DNA from: Minutocellus sp. GHC0000111
Lineage: Eukaryota
Assembly (NCBI GenBank): GCA_977018835.1
Contig: OZ361256.1
Location: 4,836,001-4,900,000 of the forward strand
DNA length: 64,000 bases
Direction: 5' to 3'
Below the pieces are notes generated by a model that was not told the DNA's origin, did not search any database, and saw only the letters and a program-made list of their open reading frames with translations. This document shows positions 43,786 through 54,889 of the stretch, piece by piece. Made by a program: the position numbers and the translations under genes. How positions within the stretch are numbered: the first letter of the stretch is position 1; each line of letters starts with the position of its first letter.

Positions 43786-44697
43786 CTACCACCACCACCA
43801 CCAAGCTGATTGAATCGTCTTTTTGAATGCATCGTTTTTTTCCACATTCGTCCAGCCAAGCTCGAATGTTTTTGCATCCATTCTTCTCAAGATCATACTC
43901 ATCGTCAATCCTCCAGAGAAAGGGAAATGCCGATGCATCGGCCACCGTTACGGTATCTCCGCAAAGGTACGGACCGACGACCTTGTCATCGAGAGATCGG
44001 AGCAGCTCCATCAATTCGTCTACATTCTTCCCTCCCCTCAAGACGGCCTGCTTGCCTACCACCTTAACCCGGTCGTTGATGTCGTTGCGCCACTGGTCGA
44101 TCTGATCGGTCATCTCCTCGCTCCCGTCTCCGCTGAGGGATTGACCACCCTCAACGACTCCCTCGGCAAGTCTCGTTAGGATGTATTCCGAATCGATCAG
44201 TATCTTGGCCCCCCCGAAGCAGGTTACCACCGGTACTTGTCCTTCGGGGTTGAGGTCCAAAAACCAATCCGGTTTGCCGCCTGCGCCGTAAAGGTCAATT
44301 TGCTGCATCTCGTAGGGGCAGTTTCCTGCCTCCAGGGCAATCCACACCCTTTGCGCAAAAGGGCACATCTTGTGCGTGTAAAATTGCGTGGTCGACGGAC
44401 TCTGCCTCAGGGCATTGTTGGCCAGCTCCTCGATTCCGCCCACGCCTGCCATCCGGAGCTGGGTGGTGGAAGATGATACAGCCGCCGAGGATAGAGCAGT
44501 GGGAGGGGTGAAGGAGGATCCAACTGCAGATACGGCCGCGAGGATTGCCGTGAACGTCGCCGCTACTGCACGTCGTGCCGACTTCGTCTGAAGCAGTCAA
44601 GGTCAGAATGAGCCTGTTGGAAAAGTATGGGCCCCCTGTACACATTAGCCCCTCTACTCCAATTGCATCCGTTGAGCAAGTCTGCCGGTCAAACCAT
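43786..44697 (-). CDS. Cys-type glutathione S-transferase (omega/lambda/DHAR-like), plastid-targeted; 1-bp frameshift near the end
   Basis: CPFAQRVWIALE, KPDWFLDLNPEGQVP, DSEYI, GPYLCGDTVTVAD..FPFLWR. Exon from 44587 gives a presequence ...AVSAVGSS|FTPP; ATG exon at 44697 is tentative. Removing one T from 43835-43841 gives ...KTIQSAWWWWW*. Confidence 0.85.
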
Positions 44698-44977
44698 GTC
44701 CCGTAAGCTCAGAATCTGCATCCAACGCTCGGTTACCGCACCACCTCCTCGCCACTTGCTCCTACCCGAAGCATTCTGTCGTACCAGCATCGAGCTGCGC
44801 CCGCTGCATCAGCCCAGTATCTCTCTGTGCAGTCAGTCAGCCATCTGATCTGGATTCCAATTTCGATACCTCGTGCCGATTTTCAATTTCGAGCACAAAA
44901 TACAAAGCAAACCAGCACAAAGGGTCGTCCTCGAGATTCAAGAGGTTGCTGGTCTCGTTCCGCCAAACAACGCAACG

Positions 44978-47900
44978 ATGGCCCCTCCCAACTACGACTC
45001 CTACCACGGGCCCGCGTCGAACGGCATTGGTGACGGCAGTTCCGGCGGCAACGGCGGCGGCGTCGTGTACGAGCGTCACGGTCACTACACCACCACGACC
45101 GCCCGCGTCGGCACCGGCACCGGCAGCAGGCCCACCTACACGACCCCGACCAAGCCACCCTCCGCCACTGCCGGTCCCAGCGGAGGCACCCCGAACACCG
45201 TCGTCGACGAGTCGTTCGACAGCGCCGGCGGAATCATGTACGGCGCGCCTGGTAGCGCCGACGACGATCTCAACTCCGAGCTGGCCATCGCGGACGACGG
45301 ACATGAGGCCATTAGCCACGAGCAGCGCTCGTCGCAGGTCATTGCCGCTGCTGCTGCGAATGCTGCTGGTGGTAGTGCTGCTCCTGGTGTTGCTGGTCCT
45401 TACGCTCACAATGGCCGCAATGACAACATGACCGCTCATGCCAGGGCCGGCGTCCGCGGCGCGCCACTGGGTCCCATGGGATACCAGATTCCCGCCGGCG
45501 GCGGTGGCGGCGGTAGCAACGCCTCCCTCAAGTCGGGCGTCCCTCGGCATTCGCCGATTCCCGCTGGTGCTGCTGCCGGAGGTGTTTCGAATGGCGCCGC
45601 CAGAAGCAACAACAACAATAACGGCGGAGCAGCTTCAGCTCCGGCTCCGGTGGTGACAGCCCCGCCCCTCATGTCCATCAAGACCAAGAAGAAGAAGTCG
45701 TCGTCCTCCAGAAGCAAGAAGTACGAGGAGCAGATTGCCGCCGAGGCCGCCGTCGCCCGGTACTACGCCGAGGAGGAGCCGTACGACGTCGGTGGTGGCA
45801 ATGGTGGCAGTGATGAAATGAGGATCAATGGCGGCATGGATGCCGATAGCTATGGGGATGGCTACGGCGACCTTCGTCAGCCCCGTCCCGTCCGGCCGGC
45901 CGCCACCACCACCGTCGCCGACGCAGCTGTCAACGCGGCAATGGACAATACCAACCCGTTCGACGATTCCTTCGATACGGCGGCCGCTAGCAACATTGCC
46001 GACGGTGCTATCAGCAGTAGCGCTCACAATTCCAATCCCAACACCACCTCAGCAGCAGCGAGGGATGTCAACGTGTCCGATTACGACTCTTCCGTACCCT
46101 CGACCCCAACGTCGGCCATCAAGGCGGTCAAGGCCCGGCAGCAGCGGCTGCAGCAGGAGCAGCAGCAGAGGATGCTCCAGCAGCAACAGAGGCAGCGGGA
46201 ACAGCAGGCGGCGCTGCTGCAGAGGATTTCCTCTACCGATTCGGCTAACAACAACAACAACAAAACCAAAATCCGAGGAGGCGGCAACAGTAGTGGTATG
46301 AATATCAATACCAATACCAACCGCGCCGAGAAGACTCCCACCCCGACCAATGCCAACCTCAGCGTACCCCGTGCCCCGTCCAATGCCAGCACCCACGTCG
46401 GCCCGCTCGATGAGATGACCATCATGTCGGCCGAGACGGGAGAGTCGTGGAAGCGGGCCGAGGAGGAATTCGCCGCCGCCGAGGCCGCTGCTCGCAGGGA
46501 GCGAGCCAGCTGGGAACAGCAGGGACGGGTGCGGAGTCAAGACGAGAACGACGATGACTTTGCTGCCGCTGCGGCGGTGGCAGCAGCTACCGCGGCCGGC
46601 AAGAAGCAGCAGCAAGCGTCGGCGGCTGCAGCAACAACGTCTGCCGCCGCGGGCGGCAACAAGAGGCAGGGAATCCTCAAGACGAGCTCGGCCCGAACCA
46701 AGCCAGTTGGTCGCAACCACCCGTGGGATAGGAAGTCGTCCGCACGCACCAATGCCGCTGCCCACGAAGACGACGAGGATGACAATACCCTGTTCGAGTT
46801 TGAAGATGAGGCATCCAAGAAGCAGCGGGCCGAGCTCAAGGCAAGCCGAGAACGGAAGCGGGCCGAACGACGGGCATCGGCCGAGGAGGGCATCAAGAAG
46901 AGTACGAGCCATGATTCGGCCATATCTGGCTCAAGTTTCGACCGTAGACGAAGCAGTGGCGGCACCAGGGCACGGCGAGGCCGCAGTTACGACGACGACG
47001 ACGAATCGCAGTCGACTGCCGGACCGACGTTGCAGGATCGGACGCAGGAGGCTTGGAAGCGGAAGAATGCCGTCCCTCGGACGAGGTCGGCCCCTCGGGC
47101 TGGTAGGAGTGGCTCCGCCGTGGCCTTTGCCCAGGATACCATCCACCACTTTGAGAACGACGACGAGTCCACTGTTTACACCAAGGAGTCCACTATCTAC
47201 ACCAAGGATTCCCTAATATCGGCTAGGAACAGCCGTCGGGGACGCCGTGATGATGAGGCTTACTCCGGTGATGATACCTACAATTCTCGTCGGACGACTG
47301 GAACGGACTATTCCGGCGTGCCCAAGAGCTATGAGAGCGAAGTGGAAGATCTGGTCAAGGATTTTCTCTTCATTGGCAGGAGCGCCAAGAGCCGGCCTGG
47401 TAGCAAACGGAAGAAATCGCACTACAAGAAGGATCGGTACCGCGATGAGGAGAGCACTTACAACGACGATGGAACGATTGCCACGTATGATGAGTCCACG
47501 TACGGTGGCACTCGTGACGAGTCAACATTTGTTACTCGTGATGAGTCAACCTATGTGAGCCGCGACAGCCGCATGAGTGTGGACGACCAGACGTACGAGA
47601 GCGCAGACCCATCGCTCGTCAAGGACAAAAAGATGAAGAATTATTTTTCCAATAAACGCTCGGCCAGAGTTGTGGACGACGATGATGGGACTCTGGTTAC
47701 GGAAATGTCTGTGGATGTCGTCAAGAAGTCCGGTCCCTGCGGACAGGAAAAGCCCTGTGGTGATGATAATCCGCTTGCTGCTGTTTGGGAATTCATGGAA
47801 GGTGGATTTGATGCCATGTCACAGGCCCTTGGATTGTCGGGCGATGCCAAGAAACAGGAAGGAACCACGGCGTCCAACAGCATTTCGAGAGGCCAATCAA

Positions 47901-48802
47901 CCACTGGGGCAAAGAGATCGGCCACAGCAGATGCCGCAGCAGGTTTGACAGGACTTGTAGACTACGCTAGTGACTACGTGTTCGGCCCAGCTCCGTCCCA
48001 AGATACTGGCGTTTCCACGGACGAGGCTCCGAGCAGTAGACACATAACTCCGACGCACAGCCTCGATGCGTCCATGGACAAGGAGGCCGGCCTCGTTGAA
48101 CTCTCACTATGCGCTGCCAAGGCGAAGCACATGACGGCAGGCGTGCCTTTCAACGAGAGCGCTGAAATTGATGTCGTGAACGATATCAAATTCAATGTCA
48201 TTACAACAGCGCTGCCTCTTGGGCTGTTGTTTCAAGAAAACTCGGCAGGCTGCTGGGTCGCCAAAATCTTCGCAACTGGTAATGCCGCGAATGCGGCCGT
48301 CGGGAAGGGCGTCCAAGTTGGAGATCAGCTTGCTGCAGTCAACGGAAACAGTACGATTAAGTTGACGGTCGATGAGGTTTGTGATATGATTTCTTCTTCG
48401 CCCAATACCAATGAGATCGAGCTGACCTTTCTACGATACGTTGGCCCGCTGCAATCCAATAAGAAACGAGGGAAAGCGCGGAGCCCGAGCCCAATTCGGC
48501 GGAGCAAGGGATCTGGCTTGTTCAACCGGTCGGCTTCGCCGAAGCCATCGACTCCTGTTGTTCCTGCGGTAAATGACAGCTCCTCCGCGCCGCCCCCGAA
48601 ACAAAAGAAGGGATTTTTCGGACGGACTCGATCTAAATCGAATCCCCGCCCCCAAGCGCCAGTCCCTTCTATATCCGAAAGTGCGTCATCGGACTTTCTG
48701 GGAGAATACGATGGCACAAGCAACATGGGTACAAGCCACGCAACTGGAGCAACTGGAAAGTCAAAGAAGAAGAAAGGATTTTTCGGACGAAAGAAGAAGT
48801 AA
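44978..48802 (+). CDS. Large low-complexity protein with a C-terminal PDZ domain
   Basis: LPLGLLFQE...VAKIFATGNAA...VQVGDQLAAVNG...IELTFLR; repeated DEST(Y/F) motifs; basic GFFGRKKK tail. Confidence 0.8.
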   Translation: MAPPNYDSYHGPASNGIGDGSSGGNGGGVVYERHGHYTTTTARVGTGTGSRPTYTTPTKPPSATAGPSGGTPNTVVDESFDSAGGIMYGAPGSADDDLNSELAIADDGHEAISHEQRSSQVIAAAAANAAGGSAAPGVAGPYAHNGRNDNMTAHARAGVRGAPLGPMGYQIPAGGGGGGSNASLKSGVPRHSPIPAGAAAGGVSNGAARSNNNNNGGAASAPAPVVTAPPLMSIKTKKKKSSSSRSKKYEEQIAAEAAVARYYAEEEPYDVGGGNGGSDEMRINGGMDADSYGDGYGDLRQPRPVRPAATTTVADAAVNAAMDNTNPFDDSFDTAAASNIADGAISSSAHNSNPNTTSAAARDVNVSDYDSSVPSTPTSAIKAVKARQQRLQQEQQQRMLQQQQRQREQQAALLQRISSTDSANNNNNKTKIRGGGNSSGMNINTNTNRAEKTPTPTNANLSVPRAPSNASTHVGPLDEMTIMSAETGESWKRAEEEFAAAEAAARRERASWEQQGRVRSQDENDDDFAAAAAVAAATAAGKKQQQASAAAATTSAAAGGNKRQGILKTSSARTKPVGRNHPWDRKSSARTNAAAHEDDEDDNTLFEFEDEASKKQRAELKASRERKRAERRASAEEGIKKSTSHDSAISGSSFDRRRSSGGTRARRGRSYDDDDESQSTAGPTLQDRTQEAWKRKNAVPRTRSAPRAGRSGSAVAFAQDTIHHFENDDESTVYTKESTIYTKDSLISARNSRRGRRDDEAYSGDDTYNSRRTTGTDYSGVPKSYESEVEDLVKDFLFIGRSAKSRPGSKRKKSHYKKDRYRDEESTYNDDGTIATYDESTYGGTRDESTFVTRDESTYVSRDSRMSVDDQTYESADPSLVKDKKMKNYFSNKRSARVVDDDDGTLVTEMSVDVVKKSGPCGQEKPCGDDNPLAAVWEFMEGGFDAMSQALGLSGDAKKQEGTTASNSISRGQSTTGAKRSATADAAAGLTGLVDYASDYVFGPAPSQDTGVSTDEAPSSRHITPTHSLDASMDKEAGLVELSLCAAKAKHMTAGVPFNESAEIDVVNDIKFNVITTALPLGLLFQENSAGCWVAKIFATGNAANAAVGKGVQVGDQLAAVNGNSTIKLTVDEVCDMISSSPNTNEIELTFLRYVGPLQSNKKRGKARSPSPIRRSKGSGLFNRSASPKPSTPVVPAVNDSSSAPPPKQKKGFFGRTRSKSNPRPQAPVPSISESASSDFLGEYDGTSNMGTSHATGATGKSKKKKGFFGRKKK

Positions 48803-48991
48803 ATTGCCTAGGCACGCCAATCAAGCGTCTGCTCTGTTTATTTATTTATATAATCTTATAACCAATAACAAAACTTCCTTAGATTTATTCGATACCAAAA
48901 AGTAGCTGTAGTAGCTTCCAAATGGTCCCTAGTCAGTGAAATATCTTCTTATATATGGTATACCGATTGATGTTTATAACGTCGTAACATT

Positions 48992-50713
48992 TCACTTTTG
49001 CTTCGATTTTCTCTTCTTGTCATCATCTACAAACGGATAAAGAGTGTGACCATCTTCAACGTCGTCCTCATCAAAGAAGTCCGTTTTCTCTTGATCCTCG
49101 CTCAAACTATCAGGAAAGAAACTTAAGCCCTCAGCGCATCCTCTTTTGTATCCATGCTCTGGATTATAGGTGTAGTTCTTGCCATAACCCAGTTCCTTCA
49201 TCAAGCCTGTTGGTGCATTTCTAATGTGAAGCGGTACAGGATCAGCTGGTGCTTCCTTACAAAGCATCTTGGCCTTTTTGTATGCGTTATAGACGGATGT
49301 ACTCTTTGGCGCACGGGCTAAGTATGCGACCGCTTGCGCAAGTATTACATCGCATTCCGGCATACCCACCTTCTCAGTTGCTCGATGAGCTGCGGTCGCT
49401 TGTAGTAGAGCGTTAGGGTCAGCCAAACCTACGTCTTCAGCTGCAAACCTCACCAGTCGGCGAGCAACATACCTCGCATCTTCTCCTGATTCAAGCATTC
49501 TAGCCAGCCAATACAGCGATGCGTTGGTATCTCCGGCCCTCATACATTTGTGAAGAGCCGAGATAATATTGTAGTGTTCCTCGCCGTCGCGATCGTACAT
49601 TAAATTCGTCCTTTGGAGTGCTTCCTCAATGATTTCGGCTGTTACAACAATGGTCAAGCCACTTGAAGGCGAGTGCGACGCCCTAGATATTTCAATGGCC
49701 AGGTCCAGAGCATTTAGTGCTTGCCGAGCATCTCCATCTGATATGTTAGCCAGACTCTTCAAAATATCATCAGAAATGTCGACGTTTGTCGGGAATCCTG
49801 AAGAGGGATTGGACATGGCTTCTTTCAATATTTTTACCAAGGAATCCTGCGTCAAACCATCGATCACGACAACCTTGCATCTCGATAGCAAGGCTTTGTT
49901 GAGGCTAAAGCTTGGATTCTCTGTTGTTGCCCCAAGCAGCGTAATTTATCCAGACTCGACATGGGGCAAGAGAGCATCTTGCTGTGCCTTGTTCCAACGG
50001 TGGATCTCATCCAAAAAAAGAAGAGTTCCACTATAGGGATTGAATTGCCGTCGCTTCGCCGCCTCGTCGACTATTGCACGAACCTCCTTCACGCCAGCTT
50101 GAGTTGCAGATAACTTGACTACCTTTCGCTGCGTTGAGTTGGATACTATGTTTGCTATCGTCGTCTTCCCGCAGCCGGGTGGGCCCCACAATATCGTCGA
50201 CGGGAAACGATCTTCGGCCAAGAGTCTACCTAGGGATGAGTCGGCACCAAATGCCTTCTGGCCGACTAGTTCGGACAGCTTCTTGGGTCGAACTCGCTCG
50301 GCTAAAGGTTTGTTGCTTGTTGCCGCGGCCGCCGAAGTGTCTGGCCTCTTCCGCTTCGTTCCAGTCGACATCGGTTGGCCATTGCCATCGTATTCGCTAT
50401 GTGAGTTTGTTGATGGTGGGGTGGCTTCGGCCTTTTTCGGTTTCAAGAAAGGAGATTTGTGCTCCTTGCTCAAAACCACACCTGACAACCCAGAAGGAGT
50501 TACTGTCGCAGCAGCAGCAGCCGAAGCGGATGCTGCAAGCGGACTACTAAAGTGCAGGTTCAAGGCAGTTGAAACCAGATCAGTGGGTACGGCTCCAGTT
50601 TTGTGAGCCCTTTCGAGCAAAGATATCGCCAGAGACCTAGCCTCCGATCCACTCGGGAGGACCTCCATCACCGCCGTGATGTCGTCTTCTCTTGCCGCCA
50701 TGGCTGCTTGCAT
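48992..50713 (-). CDS. WRNIP1: WRNIP1/MgsA (RarA) AAA+ ATPase; in-frame TAA at 49946-49948
   Basis: [93 protein letters not shown]. Confidence 0.9.
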
Positions 50714-50918
50714 GTTGGGTTGAGCATGCATTGGTCCTAGCGGTGGCTCGATGACGCGAAAGCGAAATCGACTCCCCCTTTTCCTCCTTTTCCTCCTTTT
50801 CCTTTCTCCTTGTCTTACGAACGTGCATGGTCTGACCTTCATCAGGCTATGTGATCAGTCCGCGTTGTTCGTGCAGTTTGGCGATCACATCAGTCCAAAA
50901 CCCAACTGACGTTCCGAG

Positions 50919-51060
50919 TTCCGAGGTCCACGATCGGCATAGACCGAGAATTACCTGCAATTCGCATCAGTTGCGGATCAAGAAGGGTGTATTCCGAGGT
51001 CCGCGATCGGCTTGGACCGAGAATTACCTGCAATTTGCATCAGTTGTCGATCAAGAAGGT
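50919..51060. repeat. Two diverged tandem copies, period 73 bp
   Basis: TTCCGAGGTCC(A/G)CGATCGGC..GACCGAGAATTACCTGCAATT(C/T)GCATCAGTTG..GATCAAGAAGG at 50919 and 50992. Confidence 0.85.
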
Positions 51061-51119
51061 CGCACACATGTGTGACTGTTTCAAGGGAGGCGACGCTTCG
51101 GGCGAAGCGTGTTCTTGGT

Positions 51120-51857
51120 TCAAAAATTTTGTGCGTGGTGAACGTGTATGGACTGGAAGAGGGCCTTCATGCCAGCAGAGACAGTCCTGACTACGTGGAA
51201 GACGACCAGGATTACTTGGATTTTCTCACCGATTCTCTCGACGTCTTTGGTTGTGACGTACCTGTTCAGGGGGGGCTGAAGTTCGCCAACAGGAGTTTTG
51301 TCGAAGTCATCCTTGACAACGTAGTCATTGAAGATGTTGCGATGGTGGTCTTGATTCAACTGCATGTATTTCTCACACACTGAACGACGATACTCGACTG
51401 AGTCATCTTTTTCATGGTCTCCTTGAACAACGATAGCCAGCCTTGCAGAAGAACCCTTTGTCGTCTGTCATGGCACGATTAGGGGATCATTTTGCTCACA
51501 GAGGAGGAAGGGACCAGCGAAGCGGGGATCTTCAACGTTTCCTGCTTCAATGTCAGTGTCGGCAAAGTACGTGAATCCAGAAGCACATGTGTTGTCCTTG
51601 TTGGGATTGTAAGCAAAAACGATGCAATTTTTGCTCTCATTTTCGTAGGGGGTTTTGTTGCCATCAGTGGCACAGGCAATCAAACAAATCTCGAATTCAT
51701 TGGACTTCTTTTTCTTGGGGGCATCCTTTTCCTTCTTGATATTTTTCATCACAATTTTCTTGATGGGGGGAGCTTTCTTGCTGTCATTTTCCTTGGAAGG
51801 TGATGAAGCGGTGGTCTTGGCTGCAGCTTTCTTCTTTCCACTGTCTTGTTTTGCCAT
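51120..51857 (-). pseudogene. Decayed ORF of unknown family (Lys-rich N-terminus), possibly transposon-derived
   Basis: MAKQDSGKKKAAAK... reads through an in-frame TGA at 51468-51470 into the 51120-51380 ORF. Confidence 0.45.
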
Positions 51858-53087
51858 GTTGGATGTAGGTGGTGTTTGGATGTTGTTGTGTTCTTGGAAT
51901 TGTGAGGGTCGCATGAAAGTTTCTGTAACGATTGCGTTCATAACAGAGAGGCAGATAATCTTGTGACGGGTGTCATGGTCACAACCGTAGATCTTGTGCC
52001 AATTTTTTTTTGGCGGGATTTCACAAGACTTTTGTTGCCCCCCCCAAAAAGGGCATTTTTTCCCTTTAAAAACAAAATATGTAGTAATATTTTTACTCTT
52101 CTTTGCAAAAGATCTTCGTGTCGCCACTGATATTTGTCAATGTTTCCTCGTAATGAGTGTCACCATGCGCATTGCAACAGCTGCTGTTAGCTTAGTGTCT
52201 TTCATAGCAGCAAGAGAATTTACCTCATGGTCTCAAATTCCTATCCAAGACACAGCCATGCTGGCTTGGAAACCACTTTGGGATTCGGGTCATCCAAAAT
52301 AACTTAGCCCCTCTGTAAGGGTTACGCATTTTTGGGCGCGACAAGCGGGTTTCTGCATGTCCGGAGCAGCACAACATGTTTCCATCCAAAAACTACTCCT
52401 TTCGAACTTTTTTGAAATAATTTGGACCGGAATCCGAACATAACGCAAAAATAGCACATCTTCAGCAACCCGTATCTTTGCAGTTTTCTGTTAGGGCTGG
52501 CACTTGCAGAGCGGCATTATGACAACCATGGGCTCAACTGTCACCAGTGCAACTTTCATCTTCTCACCCCCGCAACCATTGCGACAGCCATGTGCAAAGT
52601 CATTGGTCCTTTTCCCGAACTATTCATGGATGGATATATGTTCTGAGCACCGCGCGCAACATGCAAATGTTGCGTGTGTGTCCAGAGTCGGTCAGCCAAA
52701 TTAGCACCAGTTCTACGCATTCTACGACGTAAACGAGCCTGCCTCGCCAATTTTTCATGCAAAAATTGGTAGTGCTTCAAAATGACTAACCCTAATGACC
52801 TGTTTCAGGTCAACAACTACCCCTCCCACACCCACCCCTAATTTTTCAAGCATAGCTAGCTAGCAAAAAAATTATGAAGGGCCCGGCATCGAGCCAATTT
52901 GGCGCATTGCGGGAGCGAAACACACGCACTGCAGCAGCAGCGGGCAGGCCGTTCATTGCAACACGTCATTGAGAAAAGGCTTGGAAATCAAAAAGCGCAT
53001 TGAAAGATTGAAAGATTTGCAGATTGAAAGCGGAAGCGGTAGCTGAAAGCGGTGAAGCACAACCAAAACCAAAAGACAAGCTCAAAC

Positions 53088-53429
53088 ATGGGGAACTGCT
53101 GTCCCAAGGGTGGCGTCGGTGGTGCTTCTTCAGGAAATTTTGGAGGAGAGGGGCATAGGCTCGGCACAGCCGATGAGGCCGCCTTTGGCGGCGGCGGCGC
53201 ACCTGCTGCAATGCCGATCAAACGCGACGAAGACTTGCCAAAACCAAAGTACGACAAGAATCTGGACGATGACGACCGGGCAAAGATAAGAGCCGAGAGA
53301 GCTGCGGCAGCGGAAGCACGGGCGAAGAAGGCCGGCGGGGGAGGTGCCAAGAAGAAGAAGGCATCGACGGAAAACAAGCCGCTGGTTGGGCCGAACAGTC
53401 AACCAGCCATGCGATGGACTGCCGGTTGA
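53088..53429 (+). CDS. SVIP-like small lipid-anchored p97/CDC48 adaptor
   Basis: MGNCC (myristoylation/palmitoylation pattern), FGGEGHRLG (SHP box), RAERAAAAEAR (VIM, Rx5AAx2R). Confidence 0.7.
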   Translation: MGNCCPKGGVGGASSGNFGGEGHRLGTADEAAFGGGGAPAAMPIKRDEDLPKPKYDKNLDDDDRAKIRAERAAAAEARAKKAGGGGAKKKKASTENKPLVGPNSQPAMRWTAG

Positions 53430-53712
53430 TTTGTCATTTATTTGTCTTGTCAAAGAAATAAATAGGAGGGTACATGCATGTATCAGAACAAATGATGTGA
53501 TTTATATACAGATTATGTGAGGTATAACAATACTGACAATTAAAATGTAATGAGGTTGGCTTGTGTGTTATTAGGTAGGGATCCCTACGTCGTACAATAG
53601 ATAATGAAGCAAGGGATGCAAGTACGTAATTCATTTTAGAGGGAATTTTACTGTTCAGTTCATCTATCTGGCGTGCCCCAGGCATTGCTAGTAATAGATC
53701 TCTCATCTTACT

Positions 53713-54696
53713 TTAGTAAATCGACCCCTCCCCATTGTCTGCGTCCTTGCCCGATGATGGAAAGAATCCTCGAATATCCTTGCCAGAAGGGGGTGGCTTT
53801 GAAGCATGACCATGGGCCTTGTGCTTTTTGCTTTTGGACTTGGACTCGACACCATCAGTGCTGATATTATCGAATCCGAGTAAAGAATCGATCCCATTTG
53901 ATTGTGCCCCGTAATCATCTGCAAGCACCATGCTGCATGATTGATTGTGCTGTTTCCACTGAGGTACATTTTTAGAAGTTACCGCATCTAAGCCGCATCG
54001 AAAGCAAAAAAATGGAGTTGCATTGATGATGCTATTGGCACGGTCTGCGTCAACAGACACTTTGACATCGTCACCCTCCACCGCTCCCGCCCGTTTCTCC
54101 ATGTGTCCTTCCAGCACACCTGGCGACACAAAGAATCTGGAGTTGGTAAAGCTGTTGATATGCTTCTTGTTCTTTATGCATTCGCTATCAAAATCGCTCG
54201 ATATGATGTGCAAATGCAAGGGCGTTAGAGAAGGAAGCGCGTGATATCCCATCAGCATCCGATGCCGTTGTTCATTCTTCGTCACAGCAGAAGCAATGGA
54301 CCGACCATGGGAATGAAATTCGCGCAAGTCATTCAGATGCTGGGAAGGAATGAGGTCGCTGATGCTGTTGATGCTGCCCAATGGCGAACTTGGGCGAGGG
54401 ATGAGGAGGAGATGTTGGCGTGCCTTGCGGTACTTATCATAGAAACAAACATACGAAGAGGTGAAACAGCACACAACCCTATGAATCGGGTGCGATTTGT
54501 TCGATTCGTTCTTCTCAAAAGAGGACACGAGCTCATTCAGTGCCGACCAAAAGTGATTGGATTGTGGGAAGGCACTTTGAGGTGGGTGGTTGTACTGGAT
54601 GGACGATAGTTTTTCCTCGGCTGCTGCTGGGACCACCTTGACCACTTCGCAATCGCCCTCATCTGCTGCTGCTACGTCGCCGCCGCCGCTCTTCAT
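53713..54696 (-). CDS. APTX: Aprataxin-like HIT-domain DNA deadenylase with zinc finger
   Basis: YDKYRKARQHLLLIPR, GYHALPSLTPLHLHIISSDFDSECIKNKKHINSF, CFRC...H...C; PIP-like DIRGFF near the C-terminus. Confidence 0.88.
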   Translation of the reverse strand: MKSGGGDVAAADEGDCEVVKVVPAAAEEKLSSIQYNHPPQSAFPQSNHFWSALNELVSSFEKNESNKSHPIHRVVCCFTSSYVCFYDKYRKARQHLLLIPRPSSPLGSINSISDLIPSQHLNDLREFHSHGRSIASAVTKNEQRHRMLMGYHALPSLTPLHLHIISSDFDSECIKNKKHINSFTNSRFFVSPGVLEGHMEKRAGAVEGDDVKVSVDADRANSIINATPFFCFRCGLDAVTSKNVPQWKQHNQSCSMVLADDYGAQSNGIDSLLGFDNISTDGVESKSKSKKHKAHGHASKPPPSGKDIRGFFPSSGKDADNGEGSIY

Positions 54697-54889
54697 CGTT
54701 GAAAATGAGGCTAACGATAAGTACTCCTCTAGTTTGATAATTGAGGCTAATTTTCCCAGAAGCTACAATGGAAGAGTGTAAGAGTCTTTCCGTCGTCTCG
54801 AGTTTGGCCCCGGGCCACAGAAGCAAATCGATCTCACGACGGCCTTGCTGATTGCTGTCACATGACTTCCAACAATAGCATCAGTCAGC

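Noticed and set aside
44837..47558. Many overlapping alternative-frame ORFs
   Set aside because: By-products of GC-rich low-complexity coding sequence in the PDZ protein gene.
41377..49948. Alternative genetic code suggested by in-frame TAG/TAA
   Set aside because: TAA and TAG terminate well-conserved genes in the window (RPS25, UTP18, eIF2B-gamma), and only isolated cases occur.
50919..51060. Possible CRISPR-like repeat
   Set aside because: Only two diverged copies with no unique spacers, eukaryotic context, no cas genes.
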